From the human T2T-CHM13v2.0 reference genome, Homo sapiens: a stretch of 64,000 bases of DNA. Below the pieces are notes generated by a model that had not been told where the DNA came from, ran no database searches, and saw only the letters and a program-made list of their open reading frames with translations. Both the position numbers and the translations under genes were made by a program. Positions 46,669-61,329 of this stretch are shown here, one piece after another; within the stretch, counting starts at the first letter, position 1, and every line of letters starts with the position of its first letter. The stretch lies in the NCBI RefSeq assembly GCF_009914755.1, contig NC_060936.1; one strand, 5' to 3'.

Positions 46669-47757
46669 TTTAACTATTTATGTCTATACAGTTTTAAGTA
46701 ACCCAGTTGTCTTTTGAAATTTCAATGCTTTAATTTTTTCTTATTTGTAGGGAAATAGTAAAGAATTGACGTATCTTTAAATACAGTAGTGACATTTTAC
46801 ATTACTGTATTCGTATGTTGGTTTTTAATCATGGATGCTTTCTTCATAGGCTGTGTTCCTATTTGTTTCTGTCCTTTCCAAGATTTCTTTGTGTTATTAG
46901 ATTATTAATTGCTACCAGGATAAGCCTCCTGTGAAAGTAGTGTGGAGTTTTCCCTGAATAAAGGCAACTTTTCTCTGAATTAGTTTCTCTGAGTGAATTG
47001 TAAATACAGCCTCCTCATGCAAAGCTAAATTGCTCCCTCTTGTGCCCATAGTCAAGATGTTTAGATTCTTTCTGAAATGTGGAATTAATGGTTCAGTTTT
47101 TAACTAAATGTTATATTGTGATGGTTAGAGATTTACATATCAGATGGTCATTTGGTCTGTTTGCCTTTTTAAAGCTGGTAGTGTTTTCTCTTTTCTTGCA
47201 TGTATTTAAATGCCCTAAATTTTTAGTTATACATTTAGGGAAAAAGGCCTTTGACCCTAGGTAATAGGTACATAAATTAAAATATGAAAGAATTTACTAG
47301 GTAGCCATATCAGGATGCTTTCTTTACCTTTAATCTTGGGATGATTTTTACAAATTTTATTTTATTTTATTTTATTTTGAGACAGAGCCCCATTCTGATG
47401 CCCAGGCTGGGGTGCAATGATCTCAGCTCACTGCAACCTCTGCCTCTTGACAGTCCCCCTGCCTCAGCCTCCCAAGTAGCTGGGACTACAGGTGTGTGCC
47501 ACCACACCCGGCTAATTTTTGTATTTTTAGTAGAGATGGGGTTTCACCATGTTGGCCAGGTTGGTTTCGAACACCTGACCCAAGTGATCCCCTCGCCTCG
47601 GCCTCCCAAAGTTCTGGGATTACAGGTGTGAGCTGCTGTGCCTGGCCGATTTTTACAAATTTTAGGTAGTACAAATTTAAAAAAATGGAAACTTAAGGCA
47701 ACAGATAGTTTATTTGTCTGTTTTTGTTTGTTTAAATATTTTTAAAGTAGTATTTTC

Positions 47758-48475
47758 TTTTTTTTTTTTTTTTTTAAATTTATTTTTTTATTGATAATTC
47801 TTGGGTGTTTCTCACAGAGGGGGATTTGGCAGGGTCATGGGACAATAGTGGAGGGAAGGTCAGCAGATAAACAAGTGAACAAAGGTCTCTGGTTTTCCTA
47901 GGCAGAGGACCCTGCGGCCTTCCGCAGTGTTTGTGTCCCTGATTACTTGAGATCAGGGATTGGTGATGACTCTTAACGAGCATGCTGCCTTCAAGCATCT
48001 GTTTAACAAAGCACATCTTGCACCGCCCTTAATCCATTTAACCCTGAGTGGACACAGCACATGTTTCAGAGAGCACAGGGTTGGGGGTAAGGTCACAGAT
48101 CAACAGGATCCCAAGGCAGAAGAATTTTTCTTAGTGCAGAACAAAATGAAAAGTCTCCCATGTCTACTTCTTTCTACACAGACACGGCAACCATCCGATT
48201 TCTCAATCTTTTCCCCACCTTTCCCGCCTTTCTATTCCATAAAGCCGCCATTGTCATCCTGGCCCGTTCTCAATGAGCTGTTGGGCACACCTCCCAGACG
48301 GGGTGGTGGCCGGGCAGAGGGGCTCCTCACTTCCCAGTAGGGGCGGCCGGGCAGAGGCGCCCCTCACCTCCCGGACGGGGCGGCCGGCCGGGCAGGGGGC
48401 TGACCCCCCCACCTCCCTCCCGGACGGGGCGGCTGGCCGGGCAGAGGGGCTCCTCACTTCCCAGTAGGGGCGGCC
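47758..48475 (-). mobile_element. 5'-truncated SVA retrotransposon (poly(A), SINE-R, part of VNTR), young, SVA_F-like
   Basis: T-run, then SINE-R (CTTGGGTGTTTCTCACAGAGGGGGATTTGGCAGGG...), then GC-rich VNTR units with intact CpGs; TSD GTAGTATTTTC at 47747-47757 and 48476-48486; subfamily from recalled diagnostics. Confidence 0.93.
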
Positions 48476-48599
48476 GTAGTATTTTCATTTAAAAAGAAAA
48501 AGAAATAAAAGTTCTCCTTACTTGTTCCTTTTTGCTTTCTCCTAAATTCTTAATCTTTTTATTTTTATTTTTGAGACAGAGTCTCACTTTGTCACCTAG

Positions 48600-48929
<330 letters not shown>

Positions 48930-50647
48930 TAGCCAGGATGGTTTCGATCTCCTGACCTTGTGATCCGCCCACCTCGGCCTCCCAAAGTGCTGGGATTACA
49001 GGCATGAGCCACCGCGCCCGGCCTTGCCTGGCTAATTTTTTGTATTTTTTTAGGGACGTGGTTTCACCATGTTGCTCAGGCTGGTCTCGAAATTCTGGGC
49101 TCAAGCAGTCTGTCTACCTTGGCCTCCCAAAGTGCTGGGAGCCACCGTGCCAGGCTCTAAATTCTAAATCTTATCCTAGAGATAATCTTGGTTAACAATT
49201 CGGAGTAAATTTTTCCAAACTTTATTCTCTGCATTTATAAATATATACACATACAGAACACAGCTTTAAGTTTAAGTGAAGTCTCAAGGACTTGCTGTTT
49301 CATAACTGCAAACTTACACTGAAGGAGGCCTGAGGGGACCTCAGGAAACTTTAGGAGTAAGCAGTAGGGCTTGTCTACCTTCTTCTAAGACATTGGCACT
49401 GATAATCAAACCAGGCTTCACAGCCCTGTCTCTACCTCAGTTACTGTAGAGTTCTCTGTCTCCAGTTGTTTGTTATATTTTAGACTTTCATGCAGTCACT
49501 ATTCAGTACATTGCCAAATTCTGATCTAGGTCTTCTTCTGTCATTCCTATGTGTTTCTGCCATACCCTGTAGAACTCCTCTGTGAGCAGGAAACTCTCTT
49601 GTATCATCAACTTCTTAGAATATTCGCCGTCTTGCCTTATCTGAAACTGGGCAGTTTCCTGAGTTTACTACCTTCTCCATAACCTTCTTAAGTGACATGG
49701 CAACTTTTTTCCTTTATATCCTACATACTTTAGCACCAGGAAATGGGTGGGCGTTGTTCTTGCTCTCTGTTGTCTCATCCAGACCATTAATACTCCCTTC
49801 TCCAGCTGAATGCTTTGAGGTTCATGTCTCTAACCTTTCCTATTGATGTAATCACCGTCTCATTCATTGACGATTGGAGTTCGTAGATTATAACCTTCCT
49901 CTTATGCTCTTTGTCTGTTAGCACTCTTAGTGATTTTGATACCTGTGTGGATGAGTCATCCAAAACCTTAACCTCTTACCTCCTTAACCTCTTTGTCTCC
50001 TGTGAACATTTCTTAACTCTTCCCTGATTACAGGCTAGACCCTGATCTTTGTCATTACTAGAACTACAGCACTTTTGAAATCTTGATGTTGAGCATTCTC
50101 TTCTACTCTTTACCCACCTCCACCCATTTTATTCAAGTTTAATGCTATAGACTTACCAAGACTTCTCATCCATTGATTCCAGAATATCCTCTCTATTCAT
50201 ACTATCAGTCCTCTCCTAGACTTCAGCCATCATTGTCCATCATTTTATTGTCCATCATTCAGTTGCTTCTTAGCACATACTCTTGACTCTTTAGTCCTCT
50301 CCTTATCTGGAGTGAAAACCGATTTTTTTCTCTATGCTGGGAAGTGGAATAGGTATTTGCTCCTCAAGGCTTCATCCAGACCATTGCTTACGTCCTCTTT
50401 TCTGGGACTGATCCTTTCCTTGACCTTGTGCAGGTTCAAAGACTCCATGTCACTTCAAGTTATAAAAAGTCTAATTTTCATAATTAATATGTCAAGTCCT
50501 ATTCAGTACTCCAAACTTCATTTACATATAAGGTTCAGTTGGGCCTGCCTGAAACTTTGGAAGCCTGCAATGGGATAGTAGGTTAAGGTGGGTTGTTTCC
50601 AGCTTTTTCCTGTTGCAAACAATGCTGCAGTGAATATTCTTGTGGAT

Positions 50648-50850
50648 GCAGAATAGTGTAGAAGTTGAACATTGATACTTTAAGTTTGAATCTCAACTCT
50701 GCTTCATTAGCTGTGTAACTTTGGGCAAATTACTCAACTTTTCTATTCTTCAGTTTCCTCATTTTCAAAATGAAGATAATAGTGTCTGCTTGATAGTGTG
50801 CTATAGGATTAAATGAATGAACATACAGAGAACTCTTAGAATAGTGCCCA
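50648..50850 (+). mobile_element. MIR SINE (others near 14535-14745, 31130-31220, 51380-51530)
   Basis: Core GCTGTGTAACTTTGGGCAAATTACTCAAC...CAGTTTCCTCATTTTCAAAATGAAGATAAT. Confidence 0.75.
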
Positions 50851-51584
50851 ATAAATATCTGATGTAAATAGATCTTTGTGCATATATACAAGTATCTCTT
50901 TTGGGTGATTAGGTTTTTAAAGTAGTGATTTATATTTGTATTTAATTATTTGTGAATACCAGTAAATAAATTGCCCTTTGGTGTAATTTAATTCATTTAT
51001 CTTTGAGTCTGTTTTTTGCTTTTTTTGGTATGTTTAAGATCACATAAATCTTTATGATTGATGCTACTGGAATGATCTAATGCTACTGTTTACCATATTT
51101 TACACATAGGGACCCCTCTTTTTTATATATGTATATTTATGTGGAGGTGATTAAGTATAGTCTATGAAGACTTAAGATTTTGGCTACTGACAATATGTAA
51201 ATAAAAATACATATTTCAAGATGTTTTATGGCTCAATTAACAATGATGATGATAACAGTAATAATAATCATGGCCATTCCTAGTGTTTACTAGTTTGAAG
51301 CTTAATATTGGTAAGTTGCTCTCAGATCCATAACACTAATAACCTGTTTTAATCCTTTATACTTAACATAGCAATTTCACATATTTTATATCATTAATTT
51401 TTCACAGCAACTCTGAAATAGGTGGGCTAGACAGCCTTATTTCAGTATAATCAATGAGACTGAGGTTAAATGATTTGATAAAGATTGCTTAGCTAGTAAG
51501 CAGTAGAGCCAGACTTGAGTCTAACTTCCTATTTTAAGTCTGTATAAGAAAACCATAATGGGTGAGTTATATGTTCCAGGACAT

Positions 51585-51804
51585 CAGTAGTTCTCAACGA
51601 GGGGTGATTTCACACCCCCCCAGGTGACATTTGACAATGTTTGGAGACATTTTTGTTTGTCAGTACTGGTGAAGGGGAATCCTATTGGCATCTAGTGGAT
51701 AGAGACCAAAAAGGCTGTTAAACATCCTATAATGCATAGGACAGTCCCTTACAACAAAGAATTGCCATCCCAAAAAGTCAGAAGTACAAGGTTTAGAAAC
51801 TGTG
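51585..51804. mobile_element. hAT-Charlie MER20 element
   Basis: CAGTAGTTCTCAAC-GGGGTGATTT...TGGAGACATTTTTG...GGCATCTAGTGGATAGAG...AAACATCCTATAATGCATAGGACAG. Confidence 0.8.
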
Positions 51805-52100
51805 CTGTGCAGTGATCACTGACAACACAGGACAAAGATCATAAAACTTTACTTGGTAAGATTTTCCCGATAAGCCACAGATTTACTTCAAACTTCAGTT
51901 TCTTCACATCTTCAACTTGTCTTAGATTCAGGATATAAAGCCTACCAGTATCTTGCACGTAAAATTTCTACTCTAAATCAAGAGAAGTTGAAGATGTGAT
52001 GGGATTGTAAATTGGAGTAAATCTGATGCTTAACAGTAAAACCATTTAAAGGAGTACTCCTGTTGAAAGGCCTTAAGTTCATTATTCTTTCCCTCACTAG

Positions 52101-52284
52101 GTTGTTTCCCAGGGGGAGTGCATTGGGTTTCAGTTGGGAAACAAGACAAATCTGGGCTTCTGATGAAACTGCAGAATCTTTGCACACGGTTGGATCAGGA
52201 TGAGAGTTTTTCCCAGAGGCTTCCACTTAATATTGAAGAGGCTAAAGACCGTCTCCGCATTCTGATGCTTCGCAAACACCCAAG
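52101..52284 (+). CDS. APAF1: APAF1 exon 5 (NB-ARC)
   Basis: CACTAG|GT acceptor, AAG|GTACCG donor; 184 nt; GCFPGGVHWVSVGKQDKSGLLMKLQ...RKHPR. Confidence 0.96.
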
Positions 52285-52545
52285 GTACCGATGGTCAAAT
52301 TTAGTTGGTGTGTCAGGTCCCATGTCCCAATAAGATGTAACTACTGACCTCTTGAGAACATCATGCCTTTTTCCTGCTGTTCTATAGGGAGGATAAGAGA
52401 GAACCATTGCGGCCAGGTGCAGTGGCTCACGCCTGTAATCCCAGCACTTTGGGAGGCCGAGGCTGTTGGATTACCTGAGGTCAGGAGTTCAAGACCAGCC
52501 TGACTAACATGGTGAAACCCCATCTCTACTAAACATACAAAATTA

Positions 52546-52841
<296 letters not shown>

Positions 52842-54373
52842 TCATATGTACCATTGTAGGCTTTCAGGAAATGTCTTAAGTAGGTGAGTTGGTGAGTGGT
52901 CTTTGCTAGAAAGTGCAAACTTCTTACTTTGAATCCGTTATTTCTAATGGGTTAACATAGAACAACAGAGAATAAATGCAGGCAACTGATAAATGTCAGG
53001 AAGGGGCCAGGGACAGTGGCTCATGCCTGTAGTCCCAGCACTTTGGGAGGCCATGGTGGATAGTTTGCTTGAGTCCAGGAGTTCGAGACCAGCATGGGCA
53101 ACATGATGAAACCCTGTCTTTCTAAAAAATACAAAAATTAATCTGGTGTGGTGGTACACACCTGTGGTCCCAGCTACTCAGGAGGCTAAGGTGGGAGGAT
53201 CACTTGAGCCTATGAGATTGAGGCTGCAGTGAACCCAGATTGTGCCACTGTATTCCAGCTTGGGTGGCAGAGGAAGACCCTGTTTCAATTAAAAAAAAAA
53301 AGTCAGGAAGGATTTTTAATGGGGCTCTTCTGTTTGATTGTCTTAGTTTCTAGAAATATACGTGTAACTCTTCTACTTCCATGTACTTCAGGAGTGAGTT
53401 TGTTTTGTTTGTTCAACAGTTAATTAATTCAGCAAATACTTACCATTATAATTATGTGCCAGGCACTGTTATCAAGTGTTTCACAGTTTTCATTAGCCAA
53501 AAGGGAGACAGCAGTTTAGTTGCTGCTTGTCTTAAGAGTATAACCTTGGATTCAGTCAACAATTTGATTTCTGTCATCTTAACAGCCTCTCTTTCATTTG
53601 TTCATTTAACCAACATTGAGTGTTGTGCCAGGTTCTGGGCCAAGTGCTGCAAGTACAAAGATAAATAAAGCATTCCTTGGGAATGTTATAGTATACTGAG
53701 TGAGAGTTAGGTAGTGGCTCTGCACTTTTTAAAAATGCCCTAATGCACCCAAGGATGCAGTATACTTTCATATGTAGCAGTTGCTGAGTATGGCAGTGAT
53801 TCTCAAATTGGTAAGGGTATTAATATCAGAATATAGGGTGAGAAGAGTATTTTTGGGAAAAGCCTACTAGGTGATTCTGATGCATATTCGTTATATTTTT
53901 ATGGTGCAATCTCTGCTCACTGAAGCTCCGCTTCCTGGGTTCAAGTGATTCTCCTGCCTCAGCCTCCTAGTAGCTGGGACTACAGGCTCCCCACCACACG
54001 CCGGGCTAATTTTTTGTATTTTTAGTAGAGACAGGGTTTCACCGTGTTAGCCAGGATGGTCTTGATCTCCTGACCTCGTGATCTGCCCACCTTGGCCTCC
54101 CAAAGTGCTGGGATTACAGGCGTGAGCCACTGCGCTCGGCCCCTCCTTCTCTTGATATTGATCTGTGTAGAGGAAATAGGATTGAGATCACTAACCCTTC
54201 CCTCTTTAATTGCTCAGTAACTTTTCCCTAGTTCTACTTTTCCTTTTTTGCAAAATTAAAATTGACTTCTGTTGAGTAAAATAATGTAGCCACTTTCAGA
54301 TGTGTCAGACTAGCTTACAAAGCCAGGCATATTTTTTTAATCTCTCAGTCTCATTTGGTTTGTGCTTTTGTAA

Positions 54374-54544
<171 letters not shown>

Positions 54545-55396
54545 TAGCTGGGATTACAGGCTTGTGCCACCTCGCCTGGCTAATATTATATTAGAGACGG
54601 GGTTTCTCCATGTTGGTCAGGCTGGTCTCAAACTCCCGACCTCAGGTGATCCGCCTGCCCTGGCCTCCCAAAGTGCTGGGATTACAGGCCTAGAGTATTT
54701 TTTTTTTTGTAATGCACAGCCATAGTGTGTCATTCAGACAAAAATGTTATTGTATAATTATGCTATCAGGTTTTAGTTATATTTTTTCCCCTCATCTGTT
54801 CTAGTGAGTTTAGAAAAGTTTTTGGAGAGAACAACTGGGAACTGGCATAGAGGTTCTTGGTTACTATGAATAAACAAATTGATTAAAAAAAACCACTTGT
54901 ATACCAAATGAAAGGTAATATTCTTTTAGATTACAACATATGAAATTGCTAGTTTTTAGGTAAAAAATGGTCACATATCATCATTATTGTATGATTCATT
55001 CTAATGCTAACCTGAGCTCAGTTCTAGTTTGGTTTTGGTGCTTAAAGACTGAGTTGGAAAATCCCATTACTTGGATAGTAATGGTCGCTTTTTTTTTTTT
55101 TTTTTTGGCACTCAGTAAGTGATGGCTGAACCTTTTATGGTAGGATCTGTAATTTTAATATGTTCTGATTTAGGGTTTGAGGAGAAGGCAGTCTCTAATT
55201 TTTTTTTTCCTTATTTGAATCAGCATATTGAGAAGAGTATAGCAAAGAAGAAGAATCATTTTCCTAGATCTAGCCATCTATTTGTTTTAAAAAAAATTTA
55301 ATTTGGTAGATTTTAAAAGACACTGGTGGGATTATCTTTTTAAAAGGAAGCTTAAGATAAGTGTCATTAGTGATTAATATTTTTTTTTTAAATTAG

Positions 55397-55509
55397 GTCT
55401 CTCTTGATCTTGGATGATGTTTGGGACTCTTGGGTGTTGAAAGCTTTTGACAGTCAGTGTCAGATTCTTCTTACAACCAGAGACAAGAGTGTTACAGATT
55501 CAGTAATGG
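55397..55509 (+). CDS. APAF1: APAF1 exon 6 (Walker B LLILDDVW)
   Basis: AATTAG|G acceptor, TGG|GTAAGG donor; 113 nt; SLLILDDVWDSWVLKAFDSQCQILLTTRDKSVTDSVM. Confidence 0.96.
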
Positions 55510-55615
55510 GTAAGGATTATTCGTTTACTTTTTAGTACCTTTATATTTAATTTAATTACATTTAAATATGTGACATACCAAATTACTTACTTTGTCTTGT
55601 GATTTTTGTTTGCAG

Positions 55616-55747
55616 GTCCTAAATATGTAGTCCCTGTGGAGAGTTCCTTAGGAAAGGAAAAAGGACTTGAAATTTTATCCCTTTTTGTTAATATGAAGAA
55701 GGCAGATTTGCCAGAACAAGCTCATAGTATTATAAAAGAATGTAAAG
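55616..55747 (+). CDS. APAF1: APAF1 exon 7
   Basis: TTGCAG|GT acceptor, AAG|GTATGG donor; 132 nt; GPKYVVPVESSLGKEKGLEILSLFVNMKKADLPEQAHSIIKECK. Confidence 0.96.
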
Positions 55748-56507
55748 GTATGGTTATTTATTTGTTTATGAGGAGATTATAGGGAGTTATATAATTTCCC
55801 TTTTGTTAATTGAGCTAATGAATATGGTAATTTAGCACATGAACATCCAAAAACTTTTCTGGGAGATTTAGTATTTTAGGTTCTCTGATATCTTAAATGG
55901 ATACATGATATTATGGTATTTATTTATTCATTAAAATAATATTTACCATCTACCCACAGTGTGTTAGAGACCACATTAGTGAGAGAAGTGAGACACAGAT
56001 GTGACCTCTGCTGTTAGAGTTAAAAATAGAGTGAGAATCAGATTTTAAAACTTGTTTTTGCTTGGGATTTTATAAAAATAGTGTTCTAATTTGGTAAGTA
56101 AAAACTGGTGTCTTAATTTGCATTTTTTTTTAGCGAAGTTAAACTTTTTACTTGTTTATTGAATACGTTTTAAGAAGTTATCCTTGACTTTAAGAAATTA
56201 TCCTTGACTCACTTTTCTTTTTTGATATAAGTATTTTTAATTTATTTCTAAATACTCAAAAAATAGAAACTATTAGCTCTTTGTCATATTTTTACAAGTA
56301 TTATTTCCCAGTAAAACAATTTTTTAACTTAAAATTTATATATAGAATCTCGCTGTGTTGCCCAGGCTGGTCTTGAACTACTTGCCTCAAATGATCCTCC
56401 TGCCTTAGCCTCCTAAAGCACTGGGACTACAGGCATGAGTCACCATGTCCAGCCTGTTACCCAGTTTTTTGTGTACCTTTTATTTGTTGTATTCTTTTGA
56501 CATATAG

Positions 56508-56836
<329 letters not shown>

Positions 56837-58188
56837 TGATTGCCCGCCTCAGCCTCCCAAAGTGCTGGGATTATAGGCATGAGCTACCATACCTGGCCAC
56901 CTTATTTTTCATTCTGCCATCAAATAGACACACAGTTTTGTTTGTTTATTTATTTATTTATTTTATTTATTTTTTGAGACGAGTCTCACTCTGTCGCCCA
57001 GGCTGGAGTGCAGTGGTGCGACCTCTGCTCACTGCAACCTCTGCTGCCCAGGTTCAAGTGATCCTCCTGCCTCAGCCCCCTAGTAGCTGGGATTACAGGT
57101 GCGTGCTACCTCACCCAGCTAATTTTTGTAGTTTTAGTAGAGATGGGGTTTCATCATCTTGGCCAGGGTAGTCTTGAACTCCTGACCTCGTGATCCACCT
57201 GCCTCAGCCACCCAAAGTGCTGGGATTACAGGCGTGAGCCACCACACGTGGCCAGTTTTGTTAATTTTTAAAGAAATCTTACACTTAGAAAAAATGCTTA
57301 ATTTGTAGTTATTACAAAGGGTGATGCATGTCCATTTTGAAAATGTGTGAAACTAAAAAAAAAATAGAAATTATCCATAACCTGATAATTATTAGCATCA
57401 TGAGAGTATTGCCTCCAGTCTTTTAGAACAAAGATTTAAAAAGTTGAGATTATGTATATGTGGTTTTGGATTTTGCCCTTTTTTTTTTAAAGAGCCAGGG
57501 TCTTGCTCTGTCACCCAGGCTGGAGTGCAGTAAGATCACAGCTCACTGCAGGCTTGAATGTCTTGGCTTAAGCAATCCTCCTGCCCCAGCCTCCTGAATA
57601 GCTGGGACTGCAGATACCCACCACCACACCTGGGTAATTTTTAAATTTTTTTGTAGGGACAGGGTCTCACTATGTTGCCCAGGCAGGTCTCAAACTTCTG
57701 CCCTCAAGCAATCCTCCCACCTCAGCCTCCTGAAGTGCTAGGACTACAGACACATGTCGCCACACCCAGCTGGATCTTACCCTTTTTCTATATCTTGAGC
57801 ATTTTCCCATGTTGTTAAATATTTTTTTGAAAAAAATTTACCAGTGGCATAATATTGATATATCTTAATTTATTCAACCACTTCTGTATTATTGGACATT
57901 GTTTACGTTGTTTAAGATTTTTTCACTATTCTAAGTGTGCTGTGATGAATATCCTTAAACTTAATCATTCTTTTCTTTTTCTTTAAGACAGAGTCTCACA
58001 CTGTTCCTCAGGCTAGGATGCAGTGGTGCTGTCATGGCTCACCGTAGCCTCAACCTCCTGGGCTGAAGCAATCCTCCCACCTCAGCCTCCTAAGTAGCCG
58101 GCACTATAGGCACACACCACCACACCTGGCTGATTTTTCTAATTTTTATTTTTAGTAGAGACAAGGTCTCATTATATTGCTCAGACTG

Positions 58189-58191
<3 letters not shown>

Positions 58192-58234
<43 letters not shown>

Positions 58235-58239
58235 TTTTT
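58192..58239. repeat. (TA)~17 followed by poly(T)
   Basis: Directly visible, ~260 nt upstream of APAF1 exon 8. Confidence 0.95.
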
Positions 58240-58498
58240 GTAATGACATCTTAGCCAGATTTGATCTATGTTATTTTGACTTAATAAAGATAATCAGGAA
58301 CTTATTGAATGAAATCTTTCTTATTTCTAATTTTTTTTGGGATAAATATCTAGAAGTGAAGTCAAGAGTGATAAATACTTAAGGCTTTTGATAACATGCA
58401 GCAGAAATTGTTTCTTAGTAATGTAAGTAAGTAAGTCGATTCTTATTAGTGACAAAATAGGATGGTATTAGCATAGTGACTTCATTTTTTTTTTAAAG

Positions 58499-58737
58499 GC
58501 TCTCCCCTTGTAGTATCTTTAATTGGTGCACTTTTACGTGATTTTCCCAATCGCTGGGAGTACTACCTCAAACAGCTTCAGAATAAGCAGTTTAAGAGAA
58601 TAAGGAAATCTTCGTCTTATGATTATGAGGCTCTAGATGAAGCCATGTCTATAAGTGTTGAAATGCTCAGAGAAGACATCAAAGATTATTACACAGATCT
58701 TTCCATCCTTCAGAAGGACGTTAAGGTGCCTACAAAG
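58499..58737 (+). CDS. APAF1: APAF1 exon 8 (GxP motif, HD1 into winged helix)
   Basis: TTAAAG|GC acceptor, AAG|GTAATG donor; 239 nt; GSPLVVSLIGALLRDFPNRWEYYLKQ...KVPTK. Confidence 0.96.
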
Positions 58738-59135
58738 GTAATGGGATCAATGATCCTCATCATTGGGTATTTATTGCATGTAAGCTTTGATATAGTACTG
58801 AGCATGTTGTTACAGAGAACCTTGGAAGGATAAGACCCAGGGGACTGAGGTGGTGGGGTGTTGGGTGTAGAAATCCCTCTGCTGTTAGCTTCCATTAAGG
58901 GCTTTGTGTTGAACTCAGGAGTTAACCTATTTCTGTGGTTCTAGTGCAGCTGAAGAAGCATCTGACTTCTCTTTCTCTTTTCTATCTTGAGGAGTAGCTG
59001 AGTTTCTTCTTAAGAAATGGAGACATTCTTACTCAGGGCTTTAAGATACCGTTTTTTTGTGTGTGTGGTAATACCTGTCTACAGTCCTGGTCATTGTACT
59101 TTTGTGGCATATTAAATACTTACAACAATTCCTAG

Positions 59136-59303
59136 GTGTTATGTATTCTCTGGGACATGGAAACTGAAGAAGTTGAAGACATACTGCAGGAGTTTGTAAA
59201 TAAGTCTCTTTTATTCTGTGATCGGAATGGAAAGTCGTTTCGTTATTATTTACATGATCTTCAAGTAGATTTTCTTACAGAGAAGAATTGCAGCCAGCTT
59301 CAG
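59136..59303 (+). CDS. APAF1: APAF1 exon 9 (winged helix, LHD motif)
   Basis: CCTAG|GTG acceptor, CAG|GTACTT donor; 168 nt; VLCILWDMETEEVEDILQEFVNKSLL...YYLHDLQVDFLTEKNCSQLQ. Confidence 0.96.
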
Positions 59304-59339
59304 GTACTTGCATCTTGGTTTACTTTTTTTTTTCCTTTT

Positions 59340-60030
59340 TCCTTTGAAATAATTTTAGATTTATTGAAAATTTACAAAATAGTAGATAGTTTCTGTGCAT
59401 AAGTCCTTCACCTAGCTTCCCCTAATATTAACATTTTATATAACCATAGTACAGTTGTTAAAGCCAGAAAATTAACATTGATACAATACTGTTCACTAAC
59501 CTACGTGTTCTTTTTGTGGTCCAGGCCAATTTAGGATCCCGTATTGCATATGATTGTCTTGTTTCCCTACTTGTCATTTTTTTCCGTCTCCTCAAATCTG
59601 TGAAAATTTATCAGTCTTTATCTTTCATGGCCTTGTCACCTTTGAAGAGTACTGGCTAGTAATTTTGTACAGTATACCCAAATTTGGTTTTGTGTGATGT
59701 TTTTCCTGACTAGATTGAAGTTATAGATATTTGGCAAGAATACCAATGATGTTGTATCTTTCTCAGTGGCGTCATAGGCTGAGAGTACTTGGTGGTTAAA
59801 AAATTTTTTGTAGAGATAGTGTTTTGCCATGTTGCCCAGGCTGTTCTTGAACTCCTGGGCTCAAGTGATCCACCTGTCTTGGCCTCCCAAAGTGCTGAGA
59901 TTGTAGGTATGAGCCACTATTCCCAGACTCCTGGTGTTGATATGTTTTATTATGGGTGATGTTAATGTTGATAATTTATTTAAAGTGGTATCTGCCAGGT
60001 TTCTGCACTGTAAAGTCATTATTTTGTGGG
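59340..60030 (-). mobile_element. Old L1M 3' UTR fragment with inserted Alu monomer
   Basis: CTTCCCTAATATTAACATTTTATATAACCATAGTACAGTT...AAATTAACATTGATACAATACT, L1MC/ME-like. Confidence 0.6.
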
Positions 60031-60158
60031 GAGATTCTCTGTATATATATATGTATTTTTTTTTTTTTGAGACAGGGTCTTACTGTGTTGCCCAGGCTGG
60101 CATGCAGTGGCTCACTGCAATCTTAAACTCCTGGGCTCGATTGGTCCTGAGTAGCTAA

Positions 60159-60413
<255 letters not shown>

Positions 60414-60455
60414 TAAAATTGTTTCTGGCTTCTGAAACGTTTCATTGGGTTGCAG

Positions 60456-60587
60456 GATCTACATAAGAAGATAATCACTCAGTTTCAGAGATATCACCAG
60501 CCGCATACTCTTTCACCAGATCAGGAAGACTGTATGTATTGGTACAACTTTCTGGCCTATCACATGGCCAGTGCCAAGATGCACAAG
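60456..60587 (+). CDS. APAF1: APAF1 exon 10 (HD2)
   Basis: TTGCAG|GAT acceptor, AAG|GTAAGA donor; 132 nt; [44 protein letters not shown]. Confidence 0.95.
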
Positions 60588-61329
60588 GTAAGATGACCCA
60601 TTTAAAAATTCTTTTATCTGACTTCCCTTTTTCCATATGTATTACAAATAAGTGCTTTTTTTCTGTTATTTTTTGTCTTGAATTTTGTTCATATTGCTTT
60701 CCATTTGATTTTTTTTTTTTTTTTTTTTTTTTGAGACAGGGTCTCACTTTGTTTCTCAGGCTGGAGTGCAGTGGCACAATCTCAGCTCATTACACCCTCA
60801 CCTCCTGGGCTCAAGTGATCCTCCCACTTCAGCCCCCCATGTAGCTGGGACTATAGGCACATGCCACCATGCCTGGCTAATATTTTTGTATTTTTGGTGG
60901 AGATGGGGTTTCACTATGTTGCTCAGGCTGGTCTCAAACTCCTGAGCTTGACGTGAGCTCAAGTGATCCACTCGCTTCAGCCTCCCAAAGTGTTAGGAGT
61001 ACAGGCATGAGCCACCGCGGCTGGCTGAAGATTTGAATTTTTATGTAGTTAAATTTACCACTGTTGTTGTCGTCGTTGTTTGGTATTTTGCTTTGCTGTC
61101 CTGTTCATAAACATGTATTGTTTTATTAGTATAATTTTTTATTAGTAAAAATGGGATTATAGCTTGCATAATTATTTTTGTTTTTACCTGTAGTGATTAG
61201 AAAAGGTACCTTAGTAACTAGTAAATGAACCACCTCAGAATTAATCCTCTTCTTACTAGTAGCTTTCCTTTTTGGGCAGTATGGATTTGTTTTGTAAGCT
61301 TTGAGAGGAAATGGATAGTGGAAAAGTAT

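Noticed and set aside
47780-48467. ORFs of 64-126 aa
   Set aside because: Lie wholly inside the SVA SINE-R/VNTR; non-coding element
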